From Azolla caroliniana (taxonomy: Eukaryota; Plantae; Polypodiophyta), in assembly GCA_043228905.1 (NCBI GenBank), contig JBHGNT010000021.1:3720001-3784000 (forward strand): a stretch of DNA of 64,000 bases, read 5' to 3'. Position numbers and translations under genes: made by a program. The first letter of the stretch is position 1; the number at the start of each line of letters is the position of its first letter. Shown one piece after another: positions 39,790 to 52,127 of the stretch. Below the pieces are notes generated by a model. It did no database searches, was not told the DNA's origin, and worked only from the letters and a program-made list of their open reading frames with translations.

Positions 39790-41042
39790 TGATGTAGAAG
39801 TACAATGTCCTTTTTATAATTCTTTGAGTATGATTCTACGTTTATCAATACTACAACATTAGGAAAAGTATCAAACTAGAAAGGACCCATTATATTAAGG
39901 GCAATCAATCAAGGGGACAATATGATTGGATGGAGAGAGAGATAGAGAGAGAGAGAGAGAGGCTATTTGCTTTTTGGGGTGGGTGTGTGTGGAGTAAAAG
40001 GGGAGTATATATCCCTCCAGTTTTGGATCTACGTTTATCAATACTACAACATTAGGAAAAGTATCAAACTAGAAACGACCCATTATATTAAGGGCAATCA
40101 ATGAGAGAGAGAGAGAGGCTATTTGCTTTTTGGGGTGGGTGTGTGTAGAGTAAAAGGGGAGTATACATCCCTCCAGTTTTGGGTTTGTTTATAAATTATG
40201 TGAAGGAGATGCATCAAGATGGTACAAGGACATTTTTTACCATGGATATAACTAAATGCATAAAAATGGTACAAGGACAGTTGCTATGGACAACTATATT
40301 AGTAGCATAAATTACCTAACATTTTACACAAACCAACACCGGCCTAGCAAGAAACCCTTTCCATCCATCCAGTCATGCCCTCTTATTCGAATTACAATGA
40401 AGAATAGCAAAAAATATGTAATGAGTCGGATAATGTCTTCCAAATTTTCTTCAAATAACAAGAGCATTAGAGATGACGTGTCACGAGAAGCAACCTGTTT
40501 CCTTCGATGACGTCATAATTAGTGTGTCCTTACACGCTTGAAATCAGTATCTGGAACACTTGCATCCAAGGATGGTGGAACCTGGTTAGTCACCTGCAAG
40601 CAAGAAAGGTTTTTCTTTATTATAATTTATAGGTAAGGAAGACTTAATACCATACATGTACATGTAACTATGTGTGTACATGTACATGTAGCTAGAATGG
40701 TTTTTCTACTTTTTCGATACAATAGGTAAGGAGGTAGTACCATGCATGTATATGTACCTATGTGTGCGCGCGTTGTTTATACATTACACATCTTACCAAT
40801 CTAAACATTCCATGCATACTATTCAATTTCTTTAGAAATGTTTTCAATAAGAACTTAAGGACATTTGGCGAAATAAATAGAAAAACTTAAAGAGGGGTAT
40901 TCCAGAGTTTTTAAGACTCATATAAACTATTGTTGGCAACATACACTGGTGGTTTGGTGAAGACGAGTTGCGAGTGTCATTACAGTCTCATCTGGCAAAG
41001 TTGCCCAATGGAGACTAGGTGGTAATGGGTTCAACCCCTACA
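39788..41042 (+). repeat. 1.26-kb direct repeat, copy 2
   Basis: Near-identical to 34405-35674. Confidence 0.97.
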
Positions 41043-41172
41043 TTCCACAGTGGCATCTAGTGAATTCAGAGATATATATGAAGTATATAATAGAGAAAAG
41101 TGAAAAGAATTGGGTTTCGAACCCAAGACGCAATGCTTTTAGTGTTAACAACTTACCACTGGGGTAAGCTAA
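40978..41172. mobile_element. Second copy of the convergent double tRNA-like module
   Basis: + strand ..GGTAATGGGTTCAACCCC; spacer; - strand TACCCCAGTGGTAAG..GGGTTCGAAACCC. Confidence 0.55.
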
Positions 41173-41329
41173 TTATAACAAGAGAGATATGTCTTTCGAA
41201 ATAACTTTTGCCATAAAAGAACCAAGAGTGGAGACCTTACGAGCAAGTAAACAAAATTATGAACTTGATTTCGAAACCAAGAAACAAAATTACTCTAAAC
41301 ACATTGTATGATATGATCATTTACGTGCA

Positions 41330-42675
41330 TTTTTCAATAGAAAATCCTCAGACTTCCATTAGTTATAAAATTTTACAAATGAGACGATTATTTACAAATC
41401 CCTGAAGGGACGCGATAGTTCTATCTTATGTGGATACCCACTGACTCAAGAAAGGGAGAGGATGACCATTGTTGGATGAAGGCTATTCGTTGTCTTTCAA
41501 CTCCCTCGGAGCCACCCTTAAGGCCATCATATTGGTTCTTCAAAGTGGCTACAATTTCACTCCATATCTCTTGCAGTAACCTTCTTGGATGTGCGGTTTG
41601 GTTGGAGAAGACTCGCCTACATCGTTGTTTCCATAGAATCCAAAGAGTTATTGGGCTGACCAATTCCAACACCTCTTGAGATTTGTCATTAAGGGGAGTG
41701 GAGTGAACATTGCCCTTGGAGGAGAAAAAGACCTCTTGTGCTTTTATCACCAAACTCATCCCCTCCTCTTGATGCTCGTATCTGCCAATTGCGGCATGCC
41801 ATGATAGCCAACATATATTTCCCCACTTGATTGAGCCTTGCACCTGGCATAATTGCAACTAGCGGCCAACCCCCCACCATATTCGATGGGACGTTGGGCA
41901 GTCTCATAGAACGTGTCGTATTGATTCTACTACATGTGGGCACTCTACACAATTAGGAGAGCGAAGGTTCCCACGTTCTCATGCTCCCACCGGTAGGGAC
42001 TTATGTATTAATAGCCATTGGAACGTGGTAATTCGCCTCACGTATTGTTGTTTCCAGATTTTCTACCAAAACTTGGTGATTATTGTGGGAGGAACTTGAA
42101 ATGTGTGCCAGACCTTCGCAGCAGCCGATTCTCGTGCGGTTTGAGGAGTTAGAATGTGGCGACCCAATCTAGTTGTGAATTGGAAGAAAGGGATGGGTTT
42201 GCTTCCTTGGCCCGCGTAGGGATCACAACATGTCCATTGCAAAGGGTCCGAACTGACCTTACATAGCCATGTGTTTTCATGATTACATATGTGCCAATTG
42301 GGTTGTACTTTGATCAGATCAAGATCTACAATACATTTATGACCAGTATACACGAGTACTCGAATTGCGTTATTCTGTGTTGGTATCTAAGTGTCTCGCA
42401 ATTCAAAACCTTCGAGTCTGTCTGGTGGTCCCCTACCTCTCGAGATCAAAGATCCCTCCTCCTCGTGGCCTATCCATTTCTCCATTGTTGTCCTTTGAGT
42501 AGCAGATTCCCTAATAAGTAGAGCATTAATGATTTCCGATCTCATAGTCCATCCGCCCCTAATTCCATGGAGTATGTTCGCCTGATCTTGTGGTGGCATT
42601 GACATAAACCGTCACCAACATTTTATACTTTTTCTTGGACCTTCTGCAATGTATCCCCATGACAACCCCTTACGT
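41330..42675 (-). mobile_element. L1-like LINE 3' portion (zf-RVT and C-terminus), interrupted by the LTR stack at 42676
   Basis: Cys-motif region ~41830-41950, ITLWILWKQRCRRVF and EIWSEIVATLKNQY; short A-tail at ~41330; frameshifted. Confidence 0.8.
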
Positions 42676-43265
42676 TGTCGTGAAGAAAACCGTCCCCATG
42701 CGCAAACCGTGTATAGCGTGTGTGAACTGGCCCTTACACGTGGGCACGCCCCTTGTGGTACAATAGATAGGTAGGCACAAAGGTCGGATCCTAGGTAGCA
42801 ATATTCTATAGGGAGAATCGAGGAGTATATCTGTCCGAAAGGATAGAGAATTAATGTGATGTAAACGGGTAAGGTGGCCTCCCTCCTTGAGCTATAAAAG
42901 AGAGGGAGACGGGGAGAGAAGGGTATCGCGCGCTAGAGGGAACGAAGTGCTGTCGGACTGGGACCGAGCTCTTCCTCCCTGTCGTTCTCCATAGCTTTCT
43001 TTTGCGCAGGTTCTCAGGAGGCTGATTCTGCTCCGTGGAACGCCCGTGTGCTTCCGGCAGGATCTCCATCTTGCTCTCCTGTGTGCGTGGGTGATCAGGC
43101 GTCGGCATCCACCTCGCCGACCTGATCGGCTGTAACCTTTCGAGTCGTCTGCATACACACAAATACATGCATATTGTTACATACATACTCTAGTGTTCTC
43201 AACTCGTGTCTCCTGTGTTGTTGTGCCGCGCGTCCCCGTGCGCTTCTTTGTCTATACGTGAGTGA

Positions 43266-43304
<39 letters not shown>

Positions 43305-45061
43305 CCCCACCTATTCCTCAGTCCAAGACCCCAGTGGTCCCGCCTTGTTCTCCACGCACGCGCGTAACACCGCGACATATTTGGTGAACCCGACGTGAAC
43401 AGGCGGCAGAGGAGTAGAAGATGAGGGGGTCGGACCTTGCAGAAGCCATGGCTTCGGCTGTAGACCGTATAGTGAGTGCGCACGAAGGCACCGACGCCCT
43501 TGATAGGGCTATCGAGGCGGTTGTCGGTACGATCGGCCGGTTTAGTGGAAAGGATGCCACGAGCTACTTGGCGTCCTACTGGGCTGAGATGGTAATGAGG
43601 GACATTCCGGAAGAGAGGCGTCTAGCCGGATTCCCTCGAGTGGCGATGCCGGGTATCCATTCGGAGGTGCTCGAGGTACGGGCCGAGAGCCAGACCTGGG
43701 AGGAGTTCGAAGGTCGGCTCCTCGAAAGATACGGGCTTGAAGATGCGCTTCGACTTTCGAAGCGGGACTTCATGGAGTGGGTGGAGACCCCCGACAAAGG
43801 AAGGAACGCGTCAGTGCTCCTTCGGGAGTTTGAGGAACGCTTCGCACGCCTCTCGGTGCTTGACCGGACCGTTCTGGACACAAGCCGTGTCCTATTGTTT
43901 GTTAAGTCAGTTGATGAGCGGGATCGGGAGCAGGTAGGCCTCCTATTGGAGACTGATGACGGGCTGACGGCCGACTGGGCCGTGGTGAAAAGGGTCCGTG
44001 GCCGTTTCGACAAACGGCGGGAATGGGTTGACAAAGGATCGACAGGGGCGGGCTCTGTCACAACGAGGAAGCTCGAGCCAACACCACCAACGCAAAGGGA
44101 AGAGACCCGGGATTGGCTCGAGACCGGATCGGCTTCGACCAGCATGGTCAAGGGCTCTTTCGGGGGAGCAGCTCTGGAGGAACTGACGCGGATGGTAAAG
44201 GATCTCCAAATCGCCCAGGCACGGAGGGACGGTGGCGAACAGGGCCGTTGTCGCGTTGTTACGCGCGTGCGTGGAGAAAGGCGGGACCACGAGGGTGTTG
44301 GACTAGGGAGCGATGGAGCGTAGGAAGTCGCACTTCACCGTTTCCGGGGCATCCCAGAAGCACACCGGAAGCAACTGAAGGGAGAGAGAGAAAGAGAGGG
44401 AGCGCGCGCTTGACACCGACTCACGCGCACACATGCACACACACGCACACACACACAGCTCACGCCCTCATGTACAGGAAACGCAGGAAAGGGGAACCAC
44501 CCGACACCAACAAAGACGCCAATATACACAGACAGACGCAAACGTATATATATATATATATATATATAGAAGAAGAATACATTCTCGGCTTCGAGCCGGC
44601 TTGAGGTAGGTTACAGTAATCGTTTGCTGCCAAGCCGCCGTTGGGGAGCTCTCAGCTCGTCGCGCCGAGCGGGGTCTTGCACAGGAGGCCGAACCAAAGC
44701 AAACCCTAAGCAAAACACGAAGGGGGAGAAGAAGGAGAAGAAGAAACCTAACTCTAAACCTAACGGTATACCCTCTAATGCAAAATGGGCAACCCTTTCA
44801 CAAAGGGCGTTCCCTTCCTTTTATAGAACAAGGAGAGGGATGCGTTACAATGTGGGATAAATCTTGACTTACATGGGATCGTCTATCCCGACTTGACTAC
44901 TCTTCGGCGCCATAAAGGCGCCCTCGTTATTCACACTAAATGTACATGGGTGCGTACACACGCTGCACCCCGCCGATGTAGCCAATGTTTCCCGGTTTCC
45001 GCCCCTGGCCGAAATTCTTCACGACATCCGCCCCCACCTAACTGCACGTCCACCGGTACGT

Positions 45062-45657
45062 TGTCGTGAAGAATTTCGGCCAGAGGCGAAAACCGGGAAA
45101 CATTGGCTACATTGGCGGGGTGCAGCGTGTGTACGCACCCATGTACATTTAGTGTGAATATTGAGGGTGCCTTTATGGCGCCGAAGAGTAGTCAAGTCGG
45201 GACAGACGATCCCATGAAAGTCGGGATTTGTCCCACATTGTAACGGATCCCTCTCCTTGTTCTATAAAAGGAAGGGATCGCCCTTTGTGGAGGGGTTACC
45301 CATTTTGCATTAGAGGGTATACCGTTAGGTTTAGAGTTAGCTTCTTCTTCTTCTTCTCCTTCGTGTTCGCTTAGGGTTTGCTGCAGCTCATCTCCTGTGC
45401 AAGACCCCGCTCGGCGCGACGAGCTCGAGAGCTCCCCGACGGCAGCTTGGCGGCAGACGACCACTGTAACCTACCTCGGTCCGGCTCGAAGTCGGGAATG
45501 TATTCTTCTTATATATATATAAATATATACGTTTGTCTGTGTATATTCGCGTCGTTGTTGGCGTCGGGTGCTTACCCTCTCCTGCGTTTTCTGTACATAA
45601 GGCGTGGGTCGGGTTGGGCTGTGTGCTGCGGGTGTGTGTGTGTGCGTGAGTCGGTGT

Positions 45658-45691
<34 letters not shown>

Positions 45692-45816
45692 TCCTTCCGG
45701 CGTGTTTCTGGGATGCCTCGGTAACGGTGAAGCACGACTTCCTACACTCCATCACTCCCTAGTCCAAGACCCCCGTGGTCCCGCCTTTCTCCACGCACGC
45801 GCGTAACAACGCGACA
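45062..45816 (+). mobile_element. Solo LTR C (same family as the B LTRs), TSD ACGT
   Basis: TGTCGTGAAG...CGCGACA flanked by ACGT at 45058-45061 and 45817-45820; the equivalent empty site GGTACGTGCC is seen in element F at ~61357. Confidence 0.93.
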
Positions 45817-47030
45817 ACGTGCCAAATTTGGTTGAAGGGTGAGAGATTTCGGCCATCGAGAAACCGGTCTTCCGTGATCCGTATCCCGGCTCGCTGCCGG
45901 TTTGATCCGTCGGCTTCGATTCTTCCTTCGCGCTTACCTCCCCATAGGCTCGTTCGACCCGTCGATGGGTCCTCTGCCGCGATCTCCGTAGTACGCGTAC
46001 TTCCGTTGGCCCTTGTTCGGCCGTATGAACGCCCTGCTTCCCGCCGTATGCCCGATATCCGCTTGGCCTCTGTTGTCCAATCGTGATGTCCCAACGGTCG
46101 TCCCATGTTGTTTCGCCGTTACCTTCCTTCTCCATGGTCTTACATCGCCGCGTCGGCTCGAACCGCCATGGTCTCCGGAACGGTGTGGAGGATCCCTTTC
46201 CGGTCTTCTCCGTGCTCGCCTTTCCGCTCCGGCACCTCCGTGTGCCACATACCCTCGTCCGTTGTTTGGCACGGCCTGTGCCGTACTCTGGTTCATTGCA
46301 CGCCTCGTCGGCCCCTTTCCCGGCTAGATCGCGCACCGCCGCTCACCCGCATACCGGTGTCCTTTGATCCGAGGAACACCCCGTAGTCGAGGAACACCCC
46401 GTAGTAGCCCGCTTGGCCCTTCCCGTCTTCGTGCTGCTGCAATAGGTCCTGAGTCTTCCGCTTGCCGTCGTCCCCTCGCTACTTCGACGTAGCTGTCGAG
46501 ATCTACGGAGCGAGTGTCGAGGATCCTCCTCCGGCCTCTCTTGCCATCCCCTGACTCCAACCCTGTGCAGTCCACTAGGCACTTGTCACCTCGTTCCCGA
46601 CACCTCTCTTGTGCCGTCTTTCGCTTCCTTCGTTCACGCCCGTGCCGAACACTGTCCCTATAGTCACGCTTTGATCCGGCCTGCGATGGCCACTTGTGAG
46701 ACTCTTATTCCGTCCCAGGTGTGCATTTTCGGCCTGACACACCTCCCTGTGTTTGCCCCTACCGGCTCCTTCCGAAACCTCGTGTCGTCGGGTCCCGTTC
46801 CCTGCCGCTGTCACTCACTCACTCACTCACTCTCTCTCTCTCTCTCGATCACTCACTCACTCTCTCTCTCTCTCTCGATCATCACTCACTCACTCTCTCT
46901 CTCTCTCTCGATCTCTCTCTCCCTCCCTCTCACTCACTCTTTCCTTCTCTCGAGAGTCCTTCACCTCTCTTAGTACTAATACTTCTTTTAGTACTAATTC
47001 CTTCTCTGTCTTAGTACTGTTCCTGACAGT

Positions 47031-47042
47031 TTGAACCGATTT
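47031..47042 (+). promoter_or_regulatory. Self-priming PBS of G
   Basis: TTGAACCGATTT is the exact reverse complement of AAATCGGTTCAA (52275-52286), which starts 33 nt after the start of TATAAAA (52242) in the LTR. Confidence 0.85.
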
Positions 47043-47101
47043 TCCTACCTTCTGTCTCTCTCATTTCCTACTAATCTCTTATTCCTCTTTTCTTTCACCC
47101 C

Positions 47102-48253
47102 ATGGCCATTGTTAGCGCTGAAGAATATCAATCTGTTTTTTCGGAATTTCAATGCTTGAAAGAGAAGTTCCATGCTTTGGAACAAGAAAACCAACGGTTG
47201 ATGGGGGATCTTCAACAAATCTCCTTAGAAAAGCAGCAAACGCAACAACAACATGGGGAACTTGCATTACGCGTGCAACAACTCGAAGCCACCATCGTAG
47301 CGATGCAACAACAAGGGCCCAGAACACAAGGGATTCATAAAAAACCCAAGATTGGCTTTCCCACAAAGTTCGATGGAACGCGATCGCAGTTTAGAGGGTT
47401 CCTTAACCAGGTACAATTAGTTATTCAAATGCATCCTTCCCGATATCCCACCGATGCATCACGAGTGGGTTTAGTAGGCACTTTGTTAAGTGGCTCAGCG
47501 TTGGCATGGTTCGCTCCACTATTAGAAAAGGAATCTCCATTACTCAACAATTTTGAAGAGTTTCTAGGTGAGTTTAAAGCATGTTTCGGAGATACTGACA
47601 GCATCAGGAGCGCAATCAACAAAATTCGGCGATTACGCCAAGGTGACCGTCTAGCCTCTGCATACACTGCAGATTTTCGCCTACTCGCCGCCGATATCCC
47701 TTGGGATGATCAAGCGTTGATGGAGCAATTCCGTTATGGTTTACGCAACGACGTCAAGGATTTACTCTTGACCTTCCCCGAAGAGCCAAAGTCCTTAATA
47801 GAAGCAATTAGTCACGCAGTGAGATGTGACAACCGCCTCTTTGAGCGACGTTCGGAACGACAACTACAAATGCTGAGGGCAAGATCAGAGCCCACCTACG
47901 CCTCAGTGGTATCAAGACCTTTTCCGAGGGAGTCATATAATGTGCCTCCAGCGAATACTCCGACTCCGATGGAGATTGACACTACACGTCGTCGAGGGCC
48001 ATTATCCGAAGAAGAAAAGCAGCGACGCCGTACAAATCGACTATGTCTTTACTGCGGTGGACCAGGACATATTGCAATAAATTGCCCCCATAGGCCAAGA
48101 AGACAGGTAAACCAAATAGTCGCTAGTTCTAATTGTACTAAACCCGAGCCTATTTCAGTAGCGATATCTGATAGTCCTAATAGTACTAATAGCCCAGATC
48201 TAGCGAACAGATTTGATGGCCTTAGTCAGTTAGAAGAAGAGTTAAACGACTAA
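47102..48253 (+). CDS. gag: Gag of chromovirus G (retrotransposon capsid, PEG10/sushi-like, CCHC knuckle)
   Basis: PTKFDGTRSQFRGFL, LSGSALAWF, LRQG, FRYGL, PTPMEID, CLYCGGPGHIAINC. Confidence 0.92.
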   Translation: MAIVSAEEYQSVFSEFQCLKEKFHALEQENQRLMGDLQQISLEKQQTQQQHGELALRVQQLEATIVAMQQQGPRTQGIHKKPKIGFPTKFDGTRSQFRGFLNQVQLVIQMHPSRYPTDASRVGLVGTLLSGSALAWFAPLLEKESPLLNNFEEFLGEFKACFGDTDSIRSAINKIRRLRQGDRLASAYTADFRLLAADIPWDDQALMEQFRYGLRNDVKDLLLTFPEEPKSLIEAISHAVRCDNRLFERRSERQLQMLRARSEPTYASVVSRPFPRESYNVPPANTPTPMEIDTTRRRGPLSEEEKQRRRTNRLCLYCGGPGHIAINCPHRPRRQVNQIVASSNCTKPEPISVAISDSPNSTNSPDLANRFDGLSQLEEELND

Positions 48254-48302
48254 GTCCAGCCAAAATAGGAGCCGTTTGGTTGGACAACCCATTAGTGGTT
48301 CC
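48241..48302 (+). promoter_or_regulatory. -1 ribosomal frameshift signal: slippery G_UUA_AAC, 6-nt spacer, H-type pseudoknot
   Basis: Stem 1 GTCCAGCCAAA (48254-48264) / TTTGGTTGGAC (48275-48285); stem 2 loop GGAGCC / GGTTCC (48297-48302). Confidence 0.75.
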
Positions 48303-51300
48303 ATTCCCTCTAAGCAAGTTAGTGATGTGTTCGTAGCCCAAGTAATAGTTAGTACTAAAAGTACCCCTCCAGTACATGTCCTAGCACTCCTAGATTCCGA
48401 AGCTAACTCTTGCTTTATGGATATGAAATTTGCTCAAGCTCATAAGATATCCCTAAGAAAACTCCAGTGTCCAGCCTCTGTAGTAGTCATTGATGGACGT
48501 CCCATTGCTTCCGGAAATATCATAGAAGAGTCAGAGCCAATTAATACTGTCCTAGATAACTTAGCATGTGTAGTATCATTTAATATTATTAGTATCCCAG
48601 AACATCCCATAGTTTTAGGATTACCGTGGTTCAAGTTCCATAACCCAGACATAGATTGGAGAACAAGAGAAATCCGGTGTCGACAAACCCAAGGGTCAAC
48701 TCAGAAGATGACAACCATTTCGCTATGTCAGTTGCGTAAAGAAGGGCGCAAGGAAGAAATGTTCCTCTTTGCAATATCAGTAAACCCCTTCAGCACCACT
48801 AAAGAAGAATCTACCGTTCAACTTCCCGAGAAGTATCGTCATTACGTCGATGTGTTCGATAAAGTACAAGCCAACACACTTCCTCATCATCGACCGTACG
48901 ATTGCCCCATCGATTTACAACCGGGAAAAGAGCCGCCATGGGGACCGATCTACAATTTGTCACCAACTGAGCTGGAAGTCCTTGGGGCCTATATAGAGGA
49001 GAATTTGGAAAATGGTTTCATTCGGCATTCGAAATCTCCAGCTGGTGCACCAATTTTCTTCGTCAAGAAAAAGGATGGATCGCTTCGTCTCGTTGTAGAT
49101 TTCCGTGGCCTGAATAAGGTTACAATCAGGAATAGGTATGCTCTTCCCCTTATCTCAAGTCTTTTAGAACGGATCAATGGTGCCAGGTTCTTCACGAAGA
49201 TCGACTTACGGGGAGCATATAACCTCGTACGGATCCGACCAGGAGACGAATGGAAGACCGTGTTTCGCACAAGATATGGGCACTTCGAGTATACGGTCAT
49301 TCCGTTCGGCCTCACTAATGCGCCGACAGTCTTCCAACACATGGCTAATGATATATTCCGAGATCTATTGGATGATTGTTTGATCATCTATTTGGATGAT
49401 CTACTAGTTTATTCAAAGACCCAAGAAGAACATGATTCTCATGTACTATTAGTACTAAAACGACTTCGAGAACATGGTCTGTATGCAAAGCTGGAAAAAT
49501 GTAGTTTCGGGTGCAACCAAGTGGAATTTCTCGGGTACATCATTTCGTCAGAAGGCATCTCCATGGACCCAGCTAAGGTCAAAACGGTGGTAGAATGGCA
49601 GACTCCGCGTTCGGTGGGGGATGTGCAATGCTTCCTAGGCTTTGCCAATTTTTAGTACTAAAACCCAAGAAGAACATGATTCTCATGTACTATTAGTACT
49701 AAAACGACTTCGAGAACATGGTCTGTATGCAAAGCTGGAAAAATGTAGTTTCGGGTGCAACCAAGTGGAATTTCTCGGGTACATCATTTCGTCAGAAGGC
49801 ATCTCCATGGACCCAGCTAAGGTCAAAACGGTGGTAGAATGGCAGACTCCGCGTTCGGTGCGGGATGTGCAATGCTTCCTAGGCTTTGCCAATTTTTACC
49901 GGAAGTTCATACAAGATTACTCAAAGATCGTTCTACCTCTCACACAACTTACCAGGAAGGGACAACCGTTCATCTGGTCTGAAGAAACGGACATGGCTTT
50001 CGGGAGTCTTAAAAAGGCATTTACATCGGCTCCAATTCTAGCTCATGTCGATCCGGAAAAACCATTCATTATCGAAGCTGACGCATCGGATTTTGCATTG
50101 GGGAGCATTCTGTCACAACAGGGGAATGATGAGAAGCTACATCCTGTGGCTTTTCACTCACGCAAGTTTGACGCCGCCGAAATCAACTACGAAATTCATG
50201 ATAAGGAGCTATTGGCAATAGTGGATTCTTTTATGCAATGGAGGCATTTTCTGGAGGGATCCTCTCATCCGGTCACTGTATTTAGTGACCACAAGAACCT
50301 TGCCTACTTTCAGGATGCTCGTGTGTTGAATCGACGTCAAGCTCGGTGGGCCCACTTCCTCACGCGTTTCGACTTCAAAATTACATATCGTTTGGGGATG
50401 CACCAAGGGAAGGCAGATGCATTATCACGGCGTTCGTATCTAGCACCCCGTCCCGGCAAGCCAGCTTTCGATAACCAAAAACAAGTCATCTTGGGACCGG
50501 CACAACTACAAGCAACACAGATCTTTGACATGCCCATGGATTCCCGCGTTATCGATACCATACGTGAAGACTCGAAGACAGATGCGTTTGCCCAAGCTAT
50601 ACTAGCACAAATTGATCCCTCTCGCGCATCGTGTTCACAGTCGCAACCACCAAGTATGGACTATCGGCAATTCAAATACCATGATGGATTACTCTTCTTT
50701 AAAGAACTTTTGTATGTTCCTAATGGTTCTTGCCGTCTTCAAGTAGTACAAAACTGTCATGACACATATACAACTGGGCATTTTGGTAGTACTAAAACAT
50801 TACATTTAGTACAACGATCATTCTGGTGGCCTTGTATGCGACAATTTGTCGAGGATTTTGTTCGGACTTGTGATACATGCTGCAGAGCGAAAATGCCAAG
50901 GCATCATCCATATGGTTTATTAGAACTATTACCAATTCCAAGCAAGCCGTGGCAATCCATTGCTCTAGACTTCATCATAGATCTTCTAGTCTCTAAGGGG
51001 TTCAATGCAATTCTAACGGTGGTCAATCGATATACAAAGATGGCTCATTTCTTGCCATGTACTAAGGAGATCTCCAGTGAAGACACTGCCGAAATTGTCA
51101 TGCGTGAAGTATGTCGGCATCATGGACTTCCCGATAGTATCATCAGCGACCGTGGACCCCAGTTCGTGTCAAAATTTTGGAAGCACCTTTTTAACATGCT
51201 CAAGGTCACTTGTAACCTCTCCTCCGGCTACCACCCCCAAACCAATGGCCAAGCCGAACGAACCAATCAAACGCTGGAGCAGTATCTGCGGTGCTTTCTC

Positions 51301-52065
51301 AGCTATCATCAGGATGATTGGGCAGATATTCTCCACTTCGCCGAATTTGCCTATAACAACTCTATCCACGCATCCACTAAAGTTATGCCATTTTATGCTT
51401 ATACGGGATGTCACCCCCGGTGGTGTATACTTGAAACCCCGGAGGTGTCCACAAATCCTTGTGCAGAAGATCGTTTGAAGAGGCTACGCAAGATACAAGC
51501 GGATGTATCTACTCACCTTCAACAAGCTCAACAAAGACACAAGGTTTATGCGGATCGTCATCGACTCCCATCTAGTTTTAACATTGGAGATCGGGTATGG
51601 CTACTCCGACGACACATCAAGACCACTCGCCCATGCGAGAAGTTGGATTATCGGCGATTAGGTCCTTTCCGTATTATAGGAAAGATTAATGATGTCGCTT
51701 TTTGTCTTGATCTACCTCCACAACTTCGGATACATCCGGTGTTTCATAGTTCTCTCCTCGAACCCTATCAAGAGAGCACCATCCCAGGACGTATTACACA
51801 GCCTCCACCCCCGATCGAGCTTGAAGATGGACCTGAGTACGAGGTTGCCGCCATCCTTGATTCCAAGCTTGTTCGCAACAAGCTCTACTATCTAGTCGAT
51901 TGGCTAGGATATAGTCCCAGCGAGCGTACTTGGGAACCGATAGAGAATGTCACCAATGCTCGTGCTCTTCTTGAAGACTTCCATCGTCAATATCCAGACA
52001 AACCGGGTCCTCAATCCAAAACGACTCGTTACACTCGTCGTTTTAAAGGGGGGATAATGTCATGA
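48246..52065 (+). pseudogene. pol: Pol of chromovirus G (PR-RT-RNaseH-INT-chromodomain), broken by a 244-nt duplication frameshift; protease DSGA changed to DSEA
   Basis: LLDSEAN, PIFFVKKKDGSLRLVVDFRGLN, YLDDLLVY, EADASDFALG, HHCC and DD35E integrase, GPF/HPVFH, EYEVAAILD..YLVDWLGY..TWEP chromodomain. Confidence 0.93.
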
Positions 52066-52072
52066 TATGGCA

Positions 52073-52127
52073 AGACTCGAACCCATGACCTTATGCTACA
52101 TGGGTCGAGCTCTTGACCATTAGACTA
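52073..52127 (-). ncRNA. tRNA-like Pol III A/B-box module in U3 of G, antisense to the element
   Basis: A box TAGTCTAATGG (52127-52117) and B box GGTTCGAGTCT (52083-52073), starts 44 nt apart as in tRNA genes; cloverleaf degenerate. Confidence 0.7.

Noticed and set aside
34405-41042. 1.26-kb repeats as LTRs of a gene-capturing retroelement (TG...CA ends)
   Set aside because: No TSD, PBS or PPT found, and the ends fall inside a SINE-like module; treated as a segmental duplication
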